From Azolla caroliniana (lineage: Eukaryota; Plantae; Polypodiophyta): 20,134 nt of DNA. The stretch is taken from the NCBI GenBank assembly GCA_043228905.1, contig JBHGNT010000579.1:1-20134 (forward strand), written 5' to 3'. How positions within the stretch are numbered: the first letter of the stretch is position 1; each line of letters starts with the position of its first letter. The notes under the pieces were generated by a model that was given only the letters and a program-made list of their open reading frames with translations, was not told where the DNA came from and did no database searches. Positions 16,601 through 20,134 of this stretch are shown here, piece by piece. The translations under genes were made by a program, and so were the position numbers.

Positions 16601-18093
16601 ATTATTAATACTACTTACTTAAGAGATATTGTGAATTTATTCTGCTTTGATATGTAAGAGAAGAATAGTAAAGTTCATTTCATATACGTTAATTATAATT
16701 AGTTTTTGTACTCCAGGTTACTAAATATATCTTTTTGTTTAATATTAGATCGAATTGCGGAAATGCAACTTGTGTCAACGTACTCTACGTCAGAATCGTC
16801 ACCATGCCATATTAAGGAAATGTTAAGAATGTTTCAGTTTGGGGTATTTTGTTTTTCTTAATTATCTTTTACTTGATTTTCTAAAAAAATGGAATTTAGA
16901 TTTTGAATTACATAATTGTAGACTCGGCAAATTTAATGATCAAATGAAACTAAATATAATGTTAATGGCAGCGAAAGCCTAGAATGACAACTTTAAAAAT
17001 GACAGATTAATAAATGTTAAAGAAAGTAGAACAAATAACAACCCTCTAGTTGAGAACAAGTATGATAAGCTCCAATAGGGATGGGGTGAAAGGATGTTGA
17101 CCTTTTGGATGTAATGACTCTATTTGTTGGCAACCTAGTTTGAGAAATTGACATCCATAGGTAGTGGAAAGCGCTTTATCTGTTGAGAGGTTCACATAGA
17201 ATCATCGTCTTGATTGTATACAACCTCAGGATTATGACAGATGTCTCAGGGATGTGAACCTGTTCTAGCATTGAAATTCCAAGTGTAGAATACTCCATAA
17301 TCGCCGCTACCAGGTAAATATATTCCTTTCTTCCATCCTCCTGCTTAATCTAGAACCACTGGGAGCAAGATAACATAGGTAATCAATAGAGTACAGGAGG
17401 ATCCACAAGAAACATGCCTCAGAATCTCGTGTAACAATATATATGCAGCTTTAATATATATATTTAGTCTTCACTGTCAAGCCACACTTTAATAAATAAT
17501 ATTTCATTATTCCTGTATCCAAATTTAATGCATAATACTCAACTGTCAACCTCTGCCATAGAGTTATTGTCAACAATTTCTTGCTTGATACTCTTCTTGA
17601 CTATGTCCAACCCTGATTGCTTATCCACAATCAGCCAGGATTTCTGTGCTTGTTTCCTTTGAGTATGTTGCCCAACTGTTTTCATCCACAAATAATGGAT
17701 AAAACAAGTTTTCTCATGACAATATCTGTGTGTCATTTTACTAGGAATCCATGGAAGCACCTAAATGTGCATCATGTGGAGGTCAGGCAGTGCAAAGGTG
17801 CTCAAGGTGTAAATATGAATGGTTGGTGTTCTCAAACTTCTTGTGAACATGACACTTGTATGAATCAGTGTGAATTGAGACAACGAAGGCCATGTTGTCT
17901 CTAACAAGTTAAACATCAATAAACCGACTATTAATTGTCCTTATGCCATGCACATAATATAGGCCATGTTAGTTTCCATACATGTGATTCAAATGAATGG
18001 ATGTTTTCTTGCAGGTATTGTGGCAAGCCTTGCCAAAAGAAAATGTGGACAACGCATAAAAAGATTTGTGACATCTTGAAAAACCATACTTGA
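4645..18093 (+). CDS. ZMYND10: Zinc finger MYND domain-containing protein 10 homologue (axonemal dynein assembly factor), 20 exons, 455 aa
   Basis: join(4645-4698,5207-5272,6262-6318,7104-7148,8740-8796,8917-9030,9587-9643,11458-11527,13176-13231,14211-14260,14698-14740,14833-14931,15242-15319,15405-15494,15754-15816,15894-15968,16470-16512,16749-16843,17745-17821,18015-18093) = 1368 nt, all GT-AG, no internal stop. Motifs I recognise from ZMYND10: QHEIIEKLNLQA, HEGSITNLLE, DFCYRKL, ALTILRYLTD, NPPW, AQVWLAIYNL, DQIP, LILEQVP and a MYND finger CASC-x7-CSRC-x4-YC-x3-C-x7-H-x3-C. Confidence 0.93.
5207..5272 (+). CDS. ZMYND10: ZMYND10 exon 2 (VLLTSHEADYMVENLRIFDIEQ)
   Basis: TTCTAG acceptor, GTAATA donor; resembles the ZMYND10 N-terminal EA-x3-V-x2-LR-x-F segment. 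Confidence 0.9.
5473..5972. repeat. Tandem duplication, 2 x 250 bp, in intron 2
   Basis: 5473-5722 vs 5723-5972; I count three mismatches (5478/5728, 5494/5744, 5706/5956). Confidence 0.95.
6262..6318 (+). CDS. ZMYND10: ZMYND10 exon 3 (VGDADWMAQHEIIEKLNLQ)
   Basis: AAG acceptor, GTATCT donor; conserved W-x2-QHE-x2-EKLN motif. Confidence 0.9.
6523..6790. repeat. Diverged direct repeat of ~90 bp (about 6523-6620 and 6702-6790) in intron 3
   Basis: Shared blocks in the same order: TAGGAATT, TATTT-TGATTTGA-CTGTCCCA, ATAGTAA, TTCTCTTT-CTAAC. Confidence 0.7.
7104..7148 (+). CDS. ZMYND10: ZMYND10 exon 4 (AHYNTMTHSDDFVMG)
   Basis: TTTTTCAG acceptor, GTAAGT donor, phase 0. Confidence 0.88.
7394..7768 (-). 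mobile_element. Decayed Ty3/gypsy integrase fragments
   Basis: 7506-7768 (-) reads KLVYKHLGPFHIKEQVNPVEF*LDLPMHFWIHNV (GPY/F region). 7394-7447 (-) reads HGLQFISRFWKHFFQLLK (integrase core, DRG-x-QF-x-S-x-FW). Confidence 0.8.
7812..8303 (+). mobile_element. Decayed Ty3/gypsy (Tcn1/chromovirus-like) reverse transcriptase fragment
   Basis: KGFI*HSKSLAGAP, LPLIRGLFDRL, GAYNLVPIK, FGLTNAPAVFQ, VYLNDILIFS, KSEKCKF, VEFL, with stops, frameshifts and a deletion. The lineage is judged from motif resemblance only. Confidence 0.9.
8302..8654 (+). mobile_element. 5'-truncated LINE 3' end (family B) with hairpin and (TTTC)n tail
   Basis: Colinear similarity to the reverse complement of ~11647-12035; ends GGCCATTTTGGTC...TATATC(TTTC)3TT. 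Confidence 0.85.
8740..8796 (+). CDS. ZMYND10: ZMYND10 exon 5 (ALISHDKFGLLIHELLVIE)
   Basis: TTTCAG acceptor, GTATTC donor; conserved H-x-K and EL motifs. Confidence 0.9.
8917..9030 (+). CDS. ZMYND10: ZMYND10 exon 6 (IWLAKVFP...YHEGSITNLLE)
   Basis: TTTTAG acceptor, GTATGA donor; W-x2-KVFP and HE-x-S-x2-NLLE motifs. Confidence 0.93.
9587..9643 (+). CDS. ZMYND10: ZMYND10 exon 7 (VLLYHQDACEAMGSDALLE)
   Basis: TCTCAG acceptor, GTATTT donor; H-x3-CE motif. Confidence 0.9.
10730..11260 (-). mobile_element. Decayed LINE RT core fragment
   Basis: Minus strand reads RQAGFRKCFTTLDY, GVKQGCPPS, YIDEISKFI, ILLYANDI, SVNLAKV; colinear with the 1221-3764 protein. Confidence 0.9.
11458..11527 (+). CDS. 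ZMYND10: ZMYND10 exon 8 (LADFCYRKLLYLNTNGKEDVTYK)
   Basis: TGCAG acceptor, GTCTGT donor (phase 1); D-x-C-x-RKL motif. Confidence 0.9.
11647..12566 (-). mobile_element. 5'-truncated LINE (family B): zinc-finger region, C-terminal extension, 3' UTR, hairpin and (TTTC)n tail
   Basis: Minus strand reads GFIIRPSYMD...IGQLQTSSYQLEI...ICQLCH*RVESEEHYVYHC; the tail is seen as (GAAA)n at 11647-11665. Confidence 0.9.
12567..13030 (-). mobile_element. Second, more decayed LINE zinc-finger-region fragment (family B), no 3' end
   Basis: Minus strand reads INALPPFQ, NKVIQTDI, GFIIR, RICQLRH, YLFKQG. It repeats the protein region at 12240-12560. The outer boundary is approximate. Confidence 0.8.
13176..13231 (+). 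CDS. ZMYND10: ZMYND10 exon 9 (EKKAKDFVNMTIQQEFEEK)
   Basis: TTTAG acceptor, GTATAT donor; restores the phase between exons 8 and 10. Confidence 0.82.
13890..14080 (-). mobile_element. Decayed LINE RT N-terminal fragment
   Basis: Minus strand ENYRTTITGHNCA*LYESLQEREL and HTLTI*WIIREGKAR match NTYRTIMIGHTLAKLYGAVMEAEL and HIFTLRCLIDQTKAR. Confidence 0.75.
14211..14260 (+). CDS. ZMYND10: ZMYND10 exon 10 (VSFARFQTSMCALTILR)
   Basis: TTTTTAG acceptor, GTAGTT donor (phase 2); AL-x-ILR motif. Confidence 0.88.
14698..14740 (+). CDS. ZMYND10: ZMYND10 exon 11 (YLTDYINVLPLCIM)
   Basis: TTTTAG acceptor, GTAAGC donor; completes the RYLTD motif. Confidence 0.9.
14833..14931 (+). CDS. ZMYND10: ZMYND10 exon 12 (ARFIDKHDVIMSLVPLVENPPWRREFWKGSTLM)
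   Basis: TTCAG acceptor, GTAATC donor; PW-x-R motif. Confidence 0.92.
15242..15319 (+). CDS. ZMYND10: ZMYND10 exon 13 (IEKYAEGKWLQVSKEDYFKVTKSDAQ)
   Basis: TTTTAG acceptor, GTCGAC donor; K-x-D-x-Q motif. Confidence 0.9.
15405..15494 (+). CDS. ZMYND10: ZMYND10 exon 14 (VWLAIYNLIMEPNCRSRYKYNDFHRDQVVK)
   Basis: CTAAT branch-like site, TACAG acceptor, GTAGAA donor; VW-x-A-x-YNL motif. Confidence 0.93.
15754..15816 (+). CDS. ZMYND10: ZMYND10 exon 15 (LQKHLNDVLVDQIPILKELQW)
   Basis: TATAG acceptor, GTATGT donor; DQ-x-P-x-L motif. Confidence 0.92.
15894..15968 (+). CDS. ZMYND10: ZMYND10 exon 16 (VLEEISLNVKPKFEEKQINSLILEQ)
   Basis: TGTAG acceptor, GTTATT donor; L-x-LEQ motif. Confidence 0.9.
16211..16407. 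repeat. Tandem duplication, 2 x ~98 bp, in intron 16
   Basis: 16211-16308 vs 16309-16407, with several substitutions and one indel. Confidence 0.93.
16470..16512 (+). CDS. ZMYND10: ZMYND10 exon 17 (VPVLREKLLASRNW)
   Basis: TGCAG acceptor, GTGAGT donor (phase 1). Confidence 0.9.
16582..16628. repeat. Perfect 17-bp inverted repeat with a 13-nt AT-rich spacer in intron 17
   Basis: TATCTCTTAAGTAAGTA (16582-16598) and TACTTACTTAAGAGATA (16612-16628). Confidence 0.9.
16749..16843 (+). CDS. ZMYND10: ZMYND10 exon 18 (DRIAEMQLVSTYS...MFQFG)
   Basis: ATTAG acceptor, GTATTT donor; completes the W-x2-IA-x2-Q motif. Confidence 0.85.
17050..17430 (-). mobile_element. Heavily deleted LINE APE endonuclease fragment
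   Basis: Minus-strand blocks in the correct order: DSEACFLW, CYLAPSGS, IMEYSTLG, NFNARTG, TYGCQFLKLG, PIPIGAYH, matching the 21-1163 protein. Confidence 0.75.
17745..17821 (+). CDS. ZMYND10: ZMYND10 exon 19 (ESMEAPKCASCGGQAVQRCSRCKYEW), first half of the MYND finger
   Basis: TTTTACTAG acceptor, GTTGGT donor (phase 2); two CxxC pairs. Confidence 0.93.
18015..18093 (+). CDS. ZMYND10: ZMYND10 exon 20 (YCGKPCQKKMWTTHKKICDILKNHT*), second half of the MYND finger
   Basis: TTGCAG acceptor; YC-x3-CQ-x3-W-x2-HK-x2-C; TGA stop at 18091-18093. Confidence 0.94.
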
Positions 18094-19390
18094 GTTTTAG
18101 TACATGAAGGATTAGGATTTAAAAATATAGAGAATGCATAGTGTCATTTACCATTATATGTTAGGCCTTCAATTATCTTTTGTAAATGTACAAAGCAAGC
18201 TCTAGTTTTGACATGGTGTAAAAGGTGGATTCACAGTCACCATGAAATGGTGTTTGTTTAGATAACTATGAAATTTCATATGGATCCCTATTTAGCAAAG
18301 TATGATTCTTATACGCATGTGGTTCCTTAATGTGAGAATCAAAAGTATGTTTGAAGAACTATGATGCTTGGCACGTATTTACATATCTATATAACTTGGG
18401 CTAGGGTAAAATGGTCGATTTATGGACAAGACTACAATGTTGCACATTAGTTTCGTAAACAAGATTGCAACATTGCACATGGAATGTTTTGATTGTACGC
18501 AAGACTACAAATGTATAAAGCGTTGTGTAGGGTTGCAATAACATGTGTGTAGTGTTAGGTGAACGTATACATGTGTGCAATTGTTGGGCACATGATTGTT
18601 GGTAGATCATATGTGATACTTGTTTCTCCAGGAGTCTTGTGTATTGTAGTTGGATAGCTCTTTGCTACAGTACTTGTGTTTTGAGCACGCACTCTTTGCT
18701 TGTGTCACACCAATATGTAGAGAAAAGAGTGAATCAACATAGTCGTGTTCTTGTACATTCAAAGAATTGGAGTTGTTTAGATTGGCATGGATTCTTGATT
18801 CTTTCTTTAAGAATAAACACATGTTTAGAATAGTAAGATCCACAGATATTGGAAAAGACAAGGAAGGAGACATAAACATGGGAACTAATTACAAAAATTA
18901 TCTTGATGTCTCTTTCCTAAGATGGTATATTCGTACTTTGAAGCACCAAGTCTCGATGTGTAAATAAGGCATACACATGTGAGGTCAACCTTCGTGGTGT
19001 TCTCTATAGTGTGACACTCAAGTCATCACCCCCTCTTAATATATCATCAGAGCTCTTACAAATTGCAGTCTATGCAGAGCATGTAAAAAGCAAGTGATGC
19101 TCATTCTCTACTAGCCCTTTCTTGCTTACCTTTGATACCTAGGTTGTGTGATCAAGTGTGAAGGAATGTTAGGGCTCATGTCTTTCATGATTGATGTTTG
19201 CAATATAATATTTTAATTTTATCCTTTTAGTATCTCTGCACTTCTTAATTGATCAATTAATCTTTCCTCGATAACTACATATTTCATAGCATCAATTGAA
19301 AGCTCTAGGAGATCTTCCACATCCAATCTTTTGAGCCATTTTTTTATGTCAACCACCCAACCGGATGAGAGAATTTTACTCTTCCAACAT

Positions 19391-20134
19391 GAGTATTCAC
19401 GTCTTCTAAGACCAAATTTGACCCATGAGACAATTGGTTACAATAATGGGATGTATACCCAATTATCAAAAATAAAAATAAAATAAACATAGATAAAAGA
19501 GTTTTAGTGTGGTACAAAAGATGTATGGGGTGTAACATATTCTATAATGTAAATGGCTATGTATTGAGACTAGTTTCATTTTTATCGAAGTCTCTTGAAA
19601 AGGAGCGGGGGCTCAAAGGGTTTTGATGCGAGTGTGGCCCATGGTCTCCATGTAAAAGGTATTCTAACCATAACTTTTAGGTGGGGTAACACATGTTCCC
19701 TTATCTTCTTAAGTGCTTCTACATAACGAGGGACTTTGAGACCCAGTATCCGAGGGTGTTTGGTTGTTCTTTGGTTTTCAACTTTAGCGAGGGAGATGGC
19801 AAGTGGTGCAACTGAGTCCATGTTCATTGTCCCCCATTGTTCCTGAAAACTACGATGGTTACATATTGGTGAATCTTAGAAAGGTATGGTTAACATTTTG
19901 TAGCTTATTCTCTCTATGTTATTTTAGCTCTAAGATATACCTATCTATTGTCTTTATATCTAAGGTATCCAATAGTTGGAAGAACATGGGAGTTAGTCCT
20001 CGTATGTCTTGGTATGTTTCCTTTATCTGGACATAAGCTAGACACTTTCATGTAAAGTGATACTCATCCTCTATCTCTATGTGACATAAACTGCATATAC
20101 TTTCCTTTAGTAGAACCATTTTCAATCTCAAGTT
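19391..20134 (-). mobile_element. Decayed LINE family A copy (zinc finger, C-terminal extension, 3' UTR), continuing beyond the window
   Basis: ORF 19582-19827 aligns with the last ~84 aa of the 1221-3764 protein. The 3' end GTAACCAATTGTCTCATGGGTCAAATTTGGTCTTAGAAGACGT matches 3868-3911. No (TTTC)n tail remains. Confidence 0.93.

Noticed and set aside
16922-16990. Extra exon after TGTAG at 16921
   Set aside because: A stop follows after four codons in the required phase, and exon 18 joins exon 19 cleanly without it.
17617-17904. 95-aa Cys-rich ORF
   Set aside because: It overlaps exon 19 in a different frame; the MYND reading is in the spliced frame.
18780-19160. Possible plus-strand LINE relics (NYLDV...RTLKHQ; VYAEHVK)
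   Set aside because: Only a few residues match, which is not enough without an alignment.

Overview
Eukaryotic, AT-rich genomic DNA, most likely from a land plant with flagellated sperm; a moss or other bryophyte is my best guess, and this is inference only. (1) 1-3945 (+): a near-intact non-LTR retrotransposon (APE endonuclease, RT, CCHC zinc finger, RTEX/RTE-like). Its single reading frame is broken by one TGA, and it ends in a 3' hairpin and a (TTTC)n tail. (2) 3944-4392: a foldback/MITE-like element with microsatellite ends, followed by a 28-bp tandem repeat; both lie in the proximal upstream region of the gene below. (3) 4645-18093 (+): a 20-exon, 455-aa ZMYND10 homologue (axonemal dynein assembly factor with a C-terminal MYND finger). 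The ORF track misses it. I rebuilt it by hand with all GT-AG introns and consistent phases. (4) Its introns carry many decayed LINE pieces, scrambled Ty3/gypsy pieces, tandem duplications and hairpins. (5) ~19391-20134 (-): a decayed second copy of the first LINE family. I see no firm evidence of a wholly new system. The best leads are MYB/DUO1-type motifs carried by the foldback element upstream of the flagellar gene, a 3' stem-loop and C-terminal extension shared by two LINE families, and a gypsy-LINE chimera.
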